A stretch of DNA of 64,000 nt from Bacillota bacterium (GTDB taxonomy: Bacteria; Bacillota; Dethiobacteria; DTU022): NCBI GenBank assembly GCA_051748565.1, contig JBNJHN010000001.1, forward strand, positions 8,593 to 72,592, read 5' to 3'. A model generated the notes under the pieces. The model was not told the DNA's origin, searched no databases, and was given only the letters and a program-made list of their open reading frames with translations. The translations under genes and the position numbers were made by a program. This document shows positions 18,843 through 30,241 of the stretch, in pieces. The first letter of the stretch is position 1; every line of letters starts with the position of its first letter.

Positions 18843-20365
18843 TGACCAGCATTATTGGAATTGCCGTACTGTTAATTTATCTTTTTGTTTTGATCCTGCT
18901 GGGTGCATACGGCGCAAGGGTAGGTTTAAAAACCCGGGAAGATTACTTCCTGGCCGGGCGGAATCTCAGCAGTATTGGCATATTTATGGCTTTATTTGCC
19001 AGCAATATTACAGCTTTTACCATAATAGGCCATGCCGGGTTCGCTTACGAAGTAGGCTACGGTGCTTACGGTTATGTTATTGGTTGGAGCATATTTATTA
19101 CTCCTTTTACTTTTTACCTGGTCGGTTACCGCTCCTGGCTTCTGGGTAGGTATTATGGTTACGCTACTCAACCCCAGGTATTTGGCGGTATATTTAATAG
19201 CAAAATGATTGCCCTGTTGTTCCTGGTTTTACTTCTTTATTATACTTTGCCTTACCTTGTTGTCAGTGTCATCGGGGGCAGCCTTGCTTTTACAACCATC
19301 ACAGATGGTGTAGTTCCATACTGGTTGTCATCGGTTATTATTATCAGTGTATCTTTAATATACACTTTGCCTGCCGGGATGAGAGGTACCGTCTGGACTG
19401 ATATTTTTCAGGGGACCATTTTCCTGGTGGTTGCGGTATTGCTGCTGGTTGCCCTAGCCCAGGCTCTTGGGGGTTTTACTGCTATAACGGAACGGATCCT
19501 GCAGGTTAATCCGTCTGTGCTGCAGAGAGGCCGGTCACCACAGCTTGCGCCTATAAACTGGTTTAGCTTTTCATTCATCAATTCCATTGCAGTGATCGTA
19601 TTTCCGCAGATGTATACCCGAATTCTTGCCGCCCGCAGCAGCAGTAATCTAAAGAGGGTCAGTATATATTATCCCCTGGCTCTTGCAGCCATATTTGGAG
19701 TCTCTACTCTGCTCGGGGTCTGGGGTTCAGTGGCTGTTCCTGGATTGATGGGAAAAGATGCAGATAATATTGTGCCTTTACTAATTCATCGGTTTCTTTC
19801 ACCTGCCTGGATGATCCTTGGTTTAGTGGTTATCCTTGCTGTGGTTAAATCATCCATCGACTCCCAGCTTCTATCTGTGACACACCTGGTTACCGACGAC
19901 TTTTTGCCCCGCCTGAAACGTTTAAATTCTCAACAAGCTGTTTTCTGGGGCCGAATACTGCTGATTGTCTTTGCTGCGATAGCTTATTATATTGCCCTTG
20001 TACGTCCGGCAGCGATTTTAAGTATTGCCGCTTTTGCTTTTTCCGGATTCTCCGTGATGCTGCCGGTAATGATAGGCGCCTTATATTGGCCGCGTGCCAA
20101 CAAATATGGAGCCTGTGCAGCTCTGATCCTACCGGCAGTAATGCTCCATCTCTGGTATTTGAATATTATACCGGCCTGGACAACTTTTGGTTTTATGCCG
20201 GTATTCCCTTCCTTTATCCTGGCTATAATGACGCTGGTTGCAGTTTCATACCTGACACCTGCTCCACCGCCTGAACAGCGGGAAAAAACCTTCGCAATTT
20301 TTGACAGGGTTTTCAAGGACACAGTTAATAAACCGGTAATCAGTATTAAAAACAAAATAGGATAA
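18842..20365 (+). CDS. Sodium:solute symporter family transporter
   Basis: 507 aa with about 13 TM helices and SSS-family architecture. Confidence 0.85.
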   Translation: MTSIIGIAVLLIYLFVLILLGAYGARVGLKTREDYFLAGRNLSSIGIFMALFASNITAFTIIGHAGFAYEVGYGAYGYVIGWSIFITPFTFYLVGYRSWLLGRYYGYATQPQVFGGIFNSKMIALLFLVLLLYYTLPYLVVSVIGGSLAFTTITDGVVPYWLSSVIIISVSLIYTLPAGMRGTVWTDIFQGTIFLVVAVLLLVALAQALGGFTAITERILQVNPSVLQRGRSPQLAPINWFSFSFINSIAVIVFPQMYTRILAARSSSNLKRVSIYYPLALAAIFGVSTLLGVWGSVAVPGLMGKDADNIVPLLIHRFLSPAWMILGLVVILAVVKSSIDSQLLSVTHLVTDDFLPRLKRLNSQQAVFWGRILLIVFAAIAYYIALVRPAAILSIAAFAFSGFSVMLPVMIGALYWPRANKYGACAALILPAVMLHLWYLNIIPAWTTFGFMPVFPSFILAIMTLVAVSYLTPAPPPEQREKTFAIFDRVFKDTVNKPVISIKNKIG

Positions 20366-20400
20366 TTCATTTTACTTTACAGATTATTTTATACAAACTT

Positions 20401-22911
20401 ATGTCACTGATAAACGCAGCAAACAATCGAAACCGCCGGTTAAGCCGCGATCTTTCCAATCGCCTGCTGGTAATCGTTACCCTGGCCTATATTGCCGGTA
20501 TTGTAATCAGCCGTCTCTGGTTGGAGCTTTCACCATCTGCTTATTATTCGGTTGGCCTTTTTCTGTTTTTGCTTTCAACTGCTCTCTACCTGCGATATAT
20601 ATCTTTCTACAGGGCATTTCTTATACTTGTTGTCACCGTGGCCGGAGGATCTGCCTTTTTCTTTGCTGTGCAGCATTCAGATGATAGTTTGATTAACTAT
20701 GCCGGTTTTCCAGTAACTGTGGATGGAACAGTGGTTGAAGAGCCGATTTTCCATGCCGACCATACTGCTTATCGTTTAAGTATTAATGTGGTTGAGACAA
20801 GTGAAGGAAGTTTTCCGGTAACTGGAACATTGTTGGCTAAAATCTACGGTGATGGAGGGGAGAATTACTGGTTTGGTGAACGTCTCCGCCTGAGTGGCAC
20901 TATTATCGAACCTCGGGGCCGGCGCAATCCGGGTGGGTTTGATTACCGCTTTTACTTGCTCAGCCAGGGTGTTGATGCCTTGATTTATCCCGCCAAAGCC
21001 AGGGTAAGTTCTCTGGGTCCGGGTGAGGTTGGCAAACCGACTGAATCGGCAGCAATAATACGCAGTGCTATGACGGAGTCTATAAAAAGCGCTTTGCCTT
21101 CACCTTCAGCCGAGTTATTAACAGCAATCCTTTTTGGACAAAGAGATCAGTTGCCGCCAGAGGTCGAAGAAAATTTTCGCCGGGCAGGTGTCGGACACCT
21201 GATGGCCGTTTCAGGTTTGCATGTAGGTATAATAGCCACCATGATTCTCGGCTTATGGCGGCGACTGAACCTGAAAGGGAATCTGCCGCTGATTCTGGCA
21301 ATAGCGTTGGTTATAGTTTATGCTTACCTGACTGGTATGCGCCCATCAGCATTAAGGGCTGCTATAATGGTTTCCATAGCCCTGGCTGCCCTGCTTCTGG
21401 ACCGGGAAAGAGATTTACCTACGGCAGTTGCTTTTGCCGCCCTGGTTACTCTCTTTATCAATCCTCTCCTGCTTTTTACGATTGGTTTTCAGCTCTCTTA
21501 TGCGGCCACCCTTGCCCTGATATATATTTACCGCCCCCTGGAAAGGATATTGATTGATCTAAACTGTCCCCGTTATCTGATTGCTCCCCTTGTAGTAACC
21601 ATTGCAGCGCAGATCGGTGTTCTTCCACTTTGTATTTACTATTTTCAATATATACCAACAGGCGTCCTTCTTTTTAATTTGCTGTTGTTGCCAATGATTG
21701 CTTTAGTTGTTGGATTGGGTTTAACCGGAGCTTTAATAAGCCTTGTTTTTCCCGCGGGAGGAGCTTATCTGCTCTGGGCCTCTCGTCCGCTTCTGGAATT
21801 GATGTTGTTAATAACATCAATAAGCAGCCTTCCGGGTTTCTATGTCCCCCTTAAGCCTCCCGGGATCCTTTTATTATTTATATTTTATGGTTTCCTGACA
21901 GCGTCACTCTTATTGTATTATCGCTGGGAAAACCATACTCGCTTATTGGGGAAAATATCTCTACTTGATTATGCGCAGTTAATTTTTCACAGACTGTTGC
22001 CTGGTAAACGTATTCGCATGCATATTGTTGGAGGGTCAGTTCTAATTCTGGCCATAATTTTTGTTTGGTCGGGACTATTACTGCCATCACAGTCAATGCT
22101 GACAGTGACCTTTATTGATGTGGGACAGGGCGCTTCTGCTTTAGTTGAAGCCCCCTGCGGGGCGGTAATCATGATTGATGCGGGAGGTGTACCCGCCTGG
22201 CGAAGCGACCCGGGGGAGATAGGTGAAAGAGTGCTGCTGCCTTTCCTCAGGCGCCAGGGGATCCGCAGCATCGATCTGGCTGTAATTACTCATCCCCACG
22301 AAGATCATTTCGGAGGATTTATCTCCATGGTTGGTGAAATTGACCTTAAAAAGATACTGATTTCTCCGATTGCAGGCAACACGGAGCACTACGGTGACCT
22401 TCTCAACCAGGCACAATTAGCAGGATCGGTAATCAGCCAATCTGTTAATGGGCAAATTTGGCTTTGTGGCCCCGATTTAACATTGGAGATTGTTGGTCCC
22501 CCGGAACCCCTTTTGAGGGGCACAAACAGCGATCTCAACAACAACTCGATCGTATTTTTCCTGCATTATGGTGAAATTCGGATGCTATTCACAGGAGATA
22601 TCGAAGATGCAGCAGTTATCGATCTTTTCGGGCGCCGGGTTGATCTTCGGGCTGATTTGCTGCATGTTCCGCACCATGGCGGCTTTATGGAAGCTATGCC
22701 TGCATTTATAGAAGCTGTCAGGCCTTCTCTTGCTGTTATCCAGGTAGGCCCGAATTCTTTTGGTCATCCCCATCCTTATATTATCGGCGTCCTTGAAGCG
22801 GCCGGTGTTCCGATCTACCGTAACGATCACCACGGAGCGGTTATAGTAAAAACCGACGGTAAGGCGATCAGGGTCACTACCACAGAGCAGCCTACTCTGG
22901 TCAGGCAATAA
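20401..22911 (+). CDS. comEC: DNA internalization-related competence protein ComEC/Rec2 (with C-terminal metallo-beta-lactamase domain)
   Basis: 836 aa. Central polytopic competence domain and a C-terminal MBL motif (ITHPHEDHFGG). The start codon is uncertain, as there is no clear RBS at 20401. Confidence 0.85.
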   Translation: MSLINAANNRNRRLSRDLSNRLLVIVTLAYIAGIVISRLWLELSPSAYYSVGLFLFLLSTALYLRYISFYRAFLILVVTVAGGSAFFFAVQHSDDSLINYAGFPVTVDGTVVEEPIFHADHTAYRLSINVVETSEGSFPVTGTLLAKIYGDGGENYWFGERLRLSGTIIEPRGRRNPGGFDYRFYLLSQGVDALIYPAKARVSSLGPGEVGKPTESAAIIRSAMTESIKSALPSPSAELLTAILFGQRDQLPPEVEENFRRAGVGHLMAVSGLHVGIIATMILGLWRRLNLKGNLPLILAIALVIVYAYLTGMRPSALRAAIMVSIALAALLLDRERDLPTAVAFAALVTLFINPLLLFTIGFQLSYAATLALIYIYRPLERILIDLNCPRYLIAPLVVTIAAQIGVLPLCIYYFQYIPTGVLLFNLLLLPMIALVVGLGLTGALISLVFPAGGAYLLWASRPLLELMLLITSISSLPGFYVPLKPPGILLLFIFYGFLTASLLLYYRWENHTRLLGKISLLDYAQLIFHRLLPGKRIRMHIVGGSVLILAIIFVWSGLLLPSQSMLTVTFIDVGQGASALVEAPCGAVIMIDAGGVPAWRSDPGEIGERVLLPFLRRQGIRSIDLAVITHPHEDHFGGFISMVGEIDLKKILISPIAGNTEHYGDLLNQAQLAGSVISQSVNGQIWLCGPDLTLEIVGPPEPLLRGTNSDLNNNSIVFFLHYGEIRMLFTGDIEDAAVIDLFGRRVDLRADLLHVPHHGGFMEAMPAFIEAVRPSLAVIQVGPNSFGHPHPYIIGVLEAAGVPIYRNDHHGAVIVKTDGKAIRVTTTEQPTLVRQ

Positions 22912-23028
22912 ATTTCTATACATAACAGGAAAACATTTCATTTCGAAGAAACTAATTATTTATGATTTGATTGTTCAAAGATATTCCAAAATCTTAAAAA
23001 TAAAAAGGAAAGGCGGGAGAAAGTCATT

Positions 23029-23568
23029 ATGGAGCCGGATGAGATAGCCCAGCTGATTACTCAAAACGATAATGATTCCCGCCGCGCTCTTTTCGAAGCG
23101 TACTATAAGCGCACTTTTGCAGTTGTCTATAATATATTGCGGCGCCGTGAAAATGCTGAAGATATAACCCAGGATGCCTTCATCAAGGCCTTTCAGAACC
23201 TTCATCAATTGCAGGATGAGACTAAATTCGGAGCCTGGCTGGCCGTAATTGCCTCGAACCTGGCCCGCAATTACCTGAAACGGGAAAAGAAAATTTTGCT
23301 GACTGATGAACTGCCGGAAATCCGGTCTGCTCCCGCATCAAATGACACGGAAGAGGCAGCCATGCGCAGTTTGCAGGTAGATCAGGTCAGGACGGCAGTC
23401 AGAGCCCTGCCACCCGATCAATACCAGGTAATAGTTCTCCAGTATTACTATGATTTAAAAGTAGATGAAATTGCCGCTATACTTAATATAAGAGCCGGAA
23501 CGGTTAAGTCGCGTCTTTTTCGCGCCAGGCAAAAATTGGCAGAATCGTTGGAACCTGAAGTGAGTTAA
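23029..23568 (+). CDS. ECF-subfamily RNA polymerase sigma-70 factor
   Basis: 179 aa. Sigma region 2 (DITQDAFIKAF) and region 4 HTH (DEIAAILNIRAGTVKSRLFRARQKL). Confidence 0.8.
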   Translation: MEPDEIAQLITQNDNDSRRALFEAYYKRTFAVVYNILRRRENAEDITQDAFIKAFQNLHQLQDETKFGAWLAVIASNLARNYLKREKKILLTDELPEIRSAPASNDTEEAAMRSLQVDQVRTAVRALPPDQYQVIVLQYYYDLKVDEIAAILNIRAGTVKSRLFRARQKLAESLEPEVS

Positions 23569-23603
23569 GTTTGTCTTTAATTAAAAGGAGGTGACCGGGA
23601 TAA

Positions 23604-24368
23604 ATGTCTAAAAAATCCAACCTGAAATTATATGATGACTTAATCAGGAAAGCAGTGGCTATGGAAATAGATTGTATCGAAGTTGAACAGGCTGGAAAGG
23701 CCTGGCAGAACATTGAATCTAAACTGGAACAATCCCGGCCATCTTACCGACCCCGGTTTTTAGGCTTTACCTGGGGTCGTGCTGCTGCGGTTGCTGCCGC
23801 CTGCCTTGTCCTTGTCGCGGGCGGCCTCGGCATTTTTCGGACTGCCCAGCACTCCGTTCCTCTTGCAGACTCCGAGATGCCTGCAGAGCAGGCTGATGAA
23901 ATTGGTGTACTGCGGGTTGAAGATGATGTTGATTTGACTGAAACCACGGAAAAGGAAGCCGGGAGGGGAGAACATGATTTGCAGGTTTTTTTGGGTGTAC
24001 CTGACCCTATGCCTCCGGCCTGGCCTCAATCTTTACCTGGGGATTATATGCTTGATGAAGAAATTATTTTTATTGAAGCCGGTGAACCTGAATACCGGGG
24101 AGCAATTTACTTCAGCAGCAATACTGCGCTGCTCCTGGTTAAATCAGAAGTTCACGGTCAAGGAATACCGGAATTTTTAGATCACCTGGGAGATCATATC
24201 AAGGCTGAGTTGGGAGATATAGATCTATTAAATAGATATACATACATATCAGTTGAAGAACATCCGGGCCTGGCCTGGCAGGATAACGGGGGCAGCCAGG
24301 CCTTACTGGTTCTTTTTGGTGATATAGACATAGAAGAGCTTAAAAGAATAGCTGCTTTCCTTGATTAA
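23604..24368 (+). CDS. Putative membrane-spanning anti-sigma factor cognate to the upstream ECF sigma
   Basis: Immediately downstream of the sigma gene. Cytoplasmic N-terminus, single TM (AAAVAAACLVLVAGGLGIF) and an acidic extracytoplasmic domain. No zinc-finger motif, so the assignment rests on context. Confidence 0.45.
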   Translation: MSKKSNLKLYDDLIRKAVAMEIDCIEVEQAGKAWQNIESKLEQSRPSYRPRFLGFTWGRAAAVAAACLVLVAGGLGIFRTAQHSVPLADSEMPAEQADEIGVLRVEDDVDLTETTEKEAGRGEHDLQVFLGVPDPMPPAWPQSLPGDYMLDEEIIFIEAGEPEYRGAIYFSSNTALLLVKSEVHGQGIPEFLDHLGDHIKAELGDIDLLNRYTYISVEEHPGLAWQDNGGSQALLVLFGDIDIEELKRIAAFLD

Positions 24369-24381
24369 ATAATTATATCGT

Positions 24382-25374
24382 TCAAGGCTTGATATATTTC
24401 ATCATATTGCGAAGTTTCTTGCCAACGCTAGCAATCAGATGATTTTCTTCTATTTTTCTGAGTGCCTTGAACTGAGGTTGATTGGCCTGGTTTTCAGTTA
24501 TCCACTCCAGGGCAAACTGCCCGGTCTGGATTTCATATAAGATCTTTTTCATTTCTTTGCGGACCTGATCGTTTATGATCCTTGGTCCCCTGGTCAGGTC
24601 GCCGTATTCAGCAGTATCGCTTACCGAGTAACGCATTCTTTCCAGGCCGCCTTCGTAAATAAGATCAACTATCAATTTAAGCTCGTGCAGGCATTCAAAA
24701 TATGCCACTTCAGGTTGGTATCCTGCATCTACAAGTGTATCGAAGCTGGCTTTGATTAGCGATGATACCCCTCCACAGAGGATAACCTGTTCTCCGAAGA
24801 GGTCGGTTTCCGTTTCTTCCTGGAGGGTGGTTTCAATTACCCCGGCGCGGGTACAGCCGATACCCTTGGCATAAGCGAGGGCCAGCTCTTTTGCTTTTCC
24901 GGTAAAATCCTGGTGAATAGCAAGCAGACCCGGAACCCCAGCTCCTTCTTTGTAAAGTCTTCTCAAGAGGTGGCCCGGGCTTTTCGGGGCAACCATAAAG
25001 ACGTCTACATTTCCAGGGGGAACTACCTGGTTGTAGATGATATTAAAGCCGTGAGAAACCACCAGGGCTTTCCCTTCTGTCAGGTAAGGCAGGACCGATT
25101 CTTTATATACTGCCGGTTGGACATTATCTCCAATTAGAATTTGAATGATATCTGCTGCTTTTGCCGCTTCACTTACTGTTGCTACTTCCAGACCGTCTTC
25201 TTTAACCTGTTCCCAGCTTTTACTTTCCCTGTAGAGGCCGACTACAACATCAAGACCGCTGTCCTTTAAGTTTTGGGCCTGGGAATGACCCTGGCTGCCG
25301 TAACCTAAAACAGCAATTTTTTTATTCTTCAGGATGTTTAAGTCTGCGTCCTGGTCATAATACATAACTGCCAT
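24382..25374 (-). CDS. ilvC: Ketol-acid reductoisomerase
   Basis: 330 aa. N-terminal NADPH-binding fold ([18 protein letters not shown]) and IlvC C-terminal domain. Confidence 0.9.
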   Translation of the reverse strand: MAVMYYDQDADLNILKNKKIAVLGYGSQGHSQAQNLKDSGLDVVVGLYRESKSWEQVKEDGLEVATVSEAAKAADIIQILIGDNVQPAVYKESVLPYLTEGKALVVSHGFNIIYNQVVPPGNVDVFMVAPKSPGHLLRRLYKEGAGVPGLLAIHQDFTGKAKELALAYAKGIGCTRAGVIETTLQEETETDLFGEQVILCGGVSSLIKASFDTLVDAGYQPEVAYFECLHELKLIVDLIYEGGLERMRYSVSDTAEYGDLTRGPRIINDQVRKEMKKILYEIQTGQFALEWITENQANQPQFKALRKIEENHLIASVGKKLRNMMKYIKP

Positions 25375-25633
25375 TTGATAAATCCTCCCTGCAAATATGA
25401 TAACTCTAAATATTAGCTATTTCCGGCAAAAGTCCTGCCTGCTGAAAAATAAAGTCAAAAAAGGGCTAATCCATTTTTAAAGATTAACTTTGTTATATCT
25501 TAAATAATAAGAAGCTGGAAATTTGAAAAATAATATTTTTTTGCAGGTATTTTGTCAGCAATAGTTTAATAAATATGATAAACCCTGCTGAAAATTTCAG
25601 CACGGATAATTTTATAGGAGGAGGTTGTTTGTA

Positions 25634-26206
25634 TTGAGTTTAAAAGGAACCAAAACTGAGAAGAACATTTTAACGGCATTTGCCGGGGAAGCTCAGGCTC
25701 GGAATCGCTATACTTTTTTTGCCAGCCAGGCCAAAAAAGACGGTTACGTGCAGATGTCGGCAATTTTTGAAGAGACTGCTAACCAGGAGAAAGAGCATGC
25801 AAAAAGGCTTTTTAAGCTTCTTGAAGGCGGTGAAGTTGAAATTCAGGCTGCTTTTCCGGCCGGTGTTATTGGCAATACTGTTGATAATCTTAAAGAAGCT
25901 GCAGCTGGTGAAAACTATGAATGGTCCGAAATGTATCCCGGTTTCGCAACTGTTGCCAGGGAAGAGGGTTTTAATGACATTGCAGATATTTTTGAATCGA
26001 TAGCAGTAGCCGAGAAGCAGCATGAAAAACGCTACCTGGCCCTGATGGGTAATATTAAAAATGGGACAGTGTTTAAAAAAGATAAACCTGTTAAATGGTT
26101 CTGCCGTAACTGTGGTTATGTTGAGGAAGGGCTGGAAGCACCGGATGTATGCCCTTCCTGTGATCATAAGCAGGAACATTTTGAGACTATTTGCGAGAAT
26201 TGGTAG
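25634..26206 (+). CDS. rbr: Rubrerythrin
   Basis: TTG start 9 nt after GGAGGAGG gives MSLKGTKTEKN. Di-iron ferritin-like domain (EAQARNRYTFFA, EKEHAKRL) plus a C-terminal rubredoxin-like CxxC...CxxC. Confidence 0.85.
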   Translation: MSLKGTKTEKNILTAFAGEAQARNRYTFFASQAKKDGYVQMSAIFEETANQEKEHAKRLFKLLEGGEVEIQAAFPAGVIGNTVDNLKEAAAGENYEWSEMYPGFATVAREEGFNDIADIFESIAVAEKQHEKRYLALMGNIKNGTVFKKDKPVKWFCRNCGYVEEGLEAPDVCPSCDHKQEHFETICENW

Positions 26207-26277
26207 AGTTCAGAGGAGCCCGGTAAAAAATTGATCGGGTTTCCTTTAAAAACTTTCAAAACCCGGGAGGGTTATCT

Positions 26278-27054
26278 TTGAAGCTGGTTCGTTTTCTGGA
26301 TCATCAGATCGTACGTTATGGAAAGCTTGAAAACGAGAATATTGTTGAAATTAATGAACCGGGATCTGATTGGTGCAGTGAACAATTCAGGGAAACCGGA
26401 ATGAGTTTTGAGCTTGCCAAAATCCGGTTACTTTCCCCATGCCTGCCTTCAAAAATAATCTGCCTCGGTCTAAACTATCGTTCCCACGCGGAGGAAATGA
26501 AATATGCCCTGCCAAAAAAACCAATTATTTTTTTGAAGCCGTCCACTTCAGTAATAGGTACAGGAGAAGCAATACTATACCCGCCACAGAGCCGGAGAGT
26601 TGATTATGAGGCAGAGTTGGGAGTAGTCATCGGCAGGCGTGCTTACCGGGTTGGGAACTCGGAAGCCCTTGATTACGTTTTTGGCTATACCTGCGCAAAC
26701 GATGTTACTGCCCGGGATAAGCAGCCGAAGGAAGGGCAGTGGACATATGCCAAGGGATTTGATACTTTTTGTCCACTCGGTCCTGTTATAGAAACTGAAA
26801 TTAGCAACCCGGAATCTTTGACGGTCAGGGGCTATTTAAACGGCAGGTTGGCTCAGGAAGCGCCAACTTCTGATCACTACTTTTCCGTGGCTCAAATCAT
26901 TGAATTTGTAGCCGGTTGTATGACTTTACTACCAGGAGATGTGATTATGACCGGAACTCCGGCAGGGATTGGCCCGCTTTCGCCGGGGGATCGTTTTGAA
27001 GTATTGATCGAAGGGATCGGTTTGTTATATAATACTGTAACCAAGGTGGAATAA
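26278..27054 (+). CDS. Fumarylacetoacetate hydrolase (FAH) family protein
   Basis: 258 aa FAH-fold sequence (GLNYRSHAEE, DYEAELGVVIG). TTG start after GGGAGGG. Confidence 0.8.
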   Translation: MKLVRFLDHQIVRYGKLENENIVEINEPGSDWCSEQFRETGMSFELAKIRLLSPCLPSKIICLGLNYRSHAEEMKYALPKKPIIFLKPSTSVIGTGEAILYPPQSRRVDYEAELGVVIGRRAYRVGNSEALDYVFGYTCANDVTARDKQPKEGQWTYAKGFDTFCPLGPVIETEISNPESLTVRGYLNGRLAQEAPTSDHYFSVAQIIEFVAGCMTLLPGDVIMTGTPAGIGPLSPGDRFEVLIEGIGLLYNTVTKVE

Positions 27055-27308
27055 AGGTATATTGGATCGTATTTTTTAACGAAAATTGGTGTTGTCATCA
27101 GCCGGTTCATGGTATATAATAAGGTAAGATTACCAGACCGTTCAGGACAAACCGCCCCGGCGGGGTTTGTATAACCTGGAGGGCCCTTTATAAAAGGAGA
27201 ATGCTTGGGCTGACGGTCAGGAATAAATTTGTATTTAACTTTTTCTCCCTGATGAGGCAGCGTAGCCGCTGTCTCTTTTTTTAGCTGAAAGGAAGGTTTA
27301 TATCCAAA

Positions 27309-28715
27309 ATGCATATCATTATAGTCGGTGGTGGTGGGGTAGGCTATGAAGTGGCCCGCAACCTGTCGGAAAAAGATCAGGACGTTGTAGTTATTGAGAA
27401 AAACGAAATTAAAGCCAGACGGTTTGACGAATCACTGGATGTAATGGTTATTGTGGATAACGGTGCCAATGCTGCCGTTTTAGAGCGGGCAGGCGTTAAA
27501 AAAGCAGACATGATGATCGCCGTGACCCAGGTGGATGAAGTAAACATTATTGCCTGCATGTTGGCCAAGCAGTATGATGTTCCGATTACAGTATGCAGGA
27601 TTCGCAATTCGGGATATGCCGGGGATTCATCGGTTCTAACCCCCAAGCAGCTTGGGATTGATATAGTGATTAACCCGGAGCGGGTTGCCGCCATGGAAAT
27701 ATCAAAAATGCTTCATTTCCCTGATGCCAGCGAAGTGGAATATTTTGACCACGGAAAAGTGATGATGCTTGGAGTGGTTGTTGGTGCTGAAGCGGATATT
27801 ACCGGAGTGCCCCTGCATAAACTCCCGCTTATTAAAAACTGTATTATCGTAGGGATAAGCGACCCCGATGGCAAATTTATTGTTCCCGGCGGAAATGACG
27901 TGATTCATCCGGGTAATAAAATATACCTTCTGGGTGATACCCGCACTTTAAAGGATATCAGTTCACTGCTGCACCATGAAAAGACCAGAGTCAGCCAGGT
28001 CACAATATTGGGCGGTGGGATGATCGGCCAGCAATTGGCCCGCCTGCTGGAAGAAAGCAAACAGCCGTTTAATGTAAAATTAATAGAAAAGAATGTGGAG
28101 CGCTGTGGAGAACTGTGCCGCCAGTTAGGTAAAACCCTGGTTTTACAGGGAGATGCTACAGAAATCGCCATGTTGAGAGAAGAAGATACGGATAAGGCAG
28201 ATGCTGTTATCGCCGCTACAGGAGATGATCGCAATAATATCGTTGCTGCCCTACTGGCCCGGCAGTTTGGTGTTAAGAAAATAATTTGCGAGGTTATGAA
28301 GCCCCAGTACGTTCCTGTTTACAGTGCACTTGGCATTGACAGCGTTATTAACCCCCGCTTAATCGCTGCATCCCAGATCGTTCGACTGACCCGCCGTGAA
28401 GATGTTTTGGCCCTATCAATTTTGCAGGATGAAAAAGCCGAGGTTGTTGAAATCGTCTTACCGGAATCAGCCAGAGTTGCCAATAAAAGAATTGCTGCCG
28501 CAAACCTGCCTCGTGGGATGATAATCGGTTCAATTGTTCGCCAGGGAGAGGTAATTATCCCGGGTGGAAATACAAAACTGCTTCCTGAAGACCACCTGGT
28601 GATTTTTGCCGTACCAAAGGTCAGCGCTAAATTAGATCGTTTTTTTGCCCCTGATATAAGCAAAGAGGACAGAGAATACCTTCGTAACAAGATGGTTCAC
28701 ATCGAAGAAAGTTGA
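27309..28715 (+). CDS. trkA: Trk potassium uptake system NAD-binding protein TrkA
   Basis: Two tandem Rossmann plus RCK_C units (IIVGGGGVGYEVA and ILGGGMIGQQLA). Confidence 0.85.
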   Translation: MHIIIVGGGGVGYEVARNLSEKDQDVVVIEKNEIKARRFDESLDVMVIVDNGANAAVLERAGVKKADMMIAVTQVDEVNIIACMLAKQYDVPITVCRIRNSGYAGDSSVLTPKQLGIDIVINPERVAAMEISKMLHFPDASEVEYFDHGKVMMLGVVVGAEADITGVPLHKLPLIKNCIIVGISDPDGKFIVPGGNDVIHPGNKIYLLGDTRTLKDISSLLHHEKTRVSQVTILGGGMIGQQLARLLEESKQPFNVKLIEKNVERCGELCRQLGKTLVLQGDATEIAMLREEDTDKADAVIAATGDDRNNIVAALLARQFGVKKIICEVMKPQYVPVYSALGIDSVINPRLIAASQIVRLTRREDVLALSILQDEKAEVVEIVLPESARVANKRIAAANLPRGMIIGSIVRQGEVIIPGGNTKLLPEDHLVIFAVPKVSAKLDRFFAPDISKEDREYLRNKMVHIEES

Positions 28716-28769
28716 TATCCCGGCCGGCAGGCCGGTAGATCAATGCTCAGCAGGCATGGAGGTTAACCT

Positions 28770-30236
28770 TTGCGTCGTTTACGGATATTTTATCTGCTTG
28801 GCATAATGCTGCTTTTTTTAGCGCTGACCATGTTTCTTTCGGCGCTCTGGTCTTTTGCCGGACAGGGCCCGGATCAGAACGCATTTATAAAGTCAATCTT
28901 CCTGACTGCTGCCATCGGGGGATTGCTTTACTGGTTTTTTTCTCCATCCCGGGGCAGAGAGCTCAGTATTATTGAAAATTTTACAGTTGTTACTCTTGCC
29001 TGGTTTACAGCAGGGCTATTCGGTGCACTGCCTTATCATTTCTACGGGGTTTTCGGCGGAAACTATATGCATGCTTTTTTTGAATCCGTTTCTGGCTTTA
29101 CAACTACCGGTGCGACTCTGATAGAAGATATTGAAGCTGTGCCGCGCGGTCTTTTACTCTGGAGGAGTTTTACCCAGTGGCTGGGTGGTATGGGTATCAT
29201 CGTCCTGTTTCTTGCTGTTTTACCCCGCTTTGGTTTCCGAAGCATGACCATGTTTAAAGCTGAAATCCCGGGTCCGATTGCAGAACGGGTTGTACCGAGA
29301 GTTGTTGAAACCGCCCGCCGGCTCTGGTTCATATATGTTGCTTTTACTATTAGCCAAATGGTCCTGCTAATGGCCTGTGGGATCAGTTTTTTCGATTCCC
29401 TTGCCCATGCTCTCACAACCATGCCCACAGGTGGTTTTTCCACGTACAACGCCAGTATTGCCGCTTTCAACAACCCCCTGGCTGAAATCGTGATTATTCT
29501 ATTTATGCTTTTTGCCGGAATCAACTTTGTTTTATATTTCCGCCTGGTTCGTGGGGACTTTAAAGTTTTTAAAAACCCTGAACTGAGGTTCTACCTGGCG
29601 GTTATTACAATTGGAATCGTGCTGGTTACAATTAACACTTATGATCTTGCAGATGGTAACATCTTCCTGGCTTTGCGCCAAAGCGCTTTTCAGGTTGTTT
29701 CAATAACTACCACTACCGGTTATGCTACCGTAAATTTTGATAACTGGCATCATTTTTCACGTTTATTTCTGCTCTTGCTTATGTTTATAGGTGCCTGTGG
29801 TGGTTCAACAGGAGGTTCAATGAAACAGGCCCGGTGGATGCTTATGATTAAATATTCTTTCCGTGAAATTAAACAGCTGGTTCACCCATCATCAATTTCA
29901 ACAGTTAAACTGGGTGATCAATATGTAAGCGAAGAAGTTTTAAGGCCGGTTATGGGTTTCGGATTTATCTATCTTTCACTGACAGCCCTGGCTACACTTG
30001 TCCTGGCTTTTATGGGCCTCGATATAGATACCGCATTTTCGGCGGTGGCTGCAACAATCGGCAATGTCGGCCCCGGCCTCGCAGGAGTAGGTCCTTTGGA
30101 GACTTATCAGGTTATTCCAGATACCGGTAAAGCTCTTCTGGCCATAATGATGGTTATTGGACGGCTTGAAATATATACTGTTCTGGTTATTTTCCTTCCC
30201 GAATCAAGGCTCTTCTTGACGAGATCCATAAAATAG
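28770..30236 (+). CDS. trkH: Trk potassium transporter membrane subunit TrkH
   Basis: 488 aa polytopic with repeated selectivity-filter-like GGxxGG loops (TTTGAT, PTGGFS, TTTGYA, GGSTGGS). Confidence 0.85.
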   Translation: MRRLRIFYLLGIMLLFLALTMFLSALWSFAGQGPDQNAFIKSIFLTAAIGGLLYWFFSPSRGRELSIIENFTVVTLAWFTAGLFGALPYHFYGVFGGNYMHAFFESVSGFTTTGATLIEDIEAVPRGLLLWRSFTQWLGGMGIIVLFLAVLPRFGFRSMTMFKAEIPGPIAERVVPRVVETARRLWFIYVAFTISQMVLLMACGISFFDSLAHALTTMPTGGFSTYNASIAAFNNPLAEIVIILFMLFAGINFVLYFRLVRGDFKVFKNPELRFYLAVITIGIVLVTINTYDLADGNIFLALRQSAFQVVSITTTTGYATVNFDNWHHFSRLFLLLLMFIGACGGSTGGSMKQARWMLMIKYSFREIKQLVHPSSISTVKLGDQYVSEEVLRPVMGFGFIYLSLTALATLVLAFMGLDIDTAFSAVAATIGNVGPGLAGVGPLETYQVIPDTGKALLAIMMVIGRLEIYTVLVIFLPESRLFLTRSIK

Positions 30237-30241
30237 AAAGG

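Noticed and set aside
25670-26179. Minus-strand 169 aa ORF and alternative-frame plus ORF overlapping rubrerythrin
   Set aside because: Rubrerythrin frame is strongly supported (di-iron and rubredoxin motifs). The others are frame shadows.
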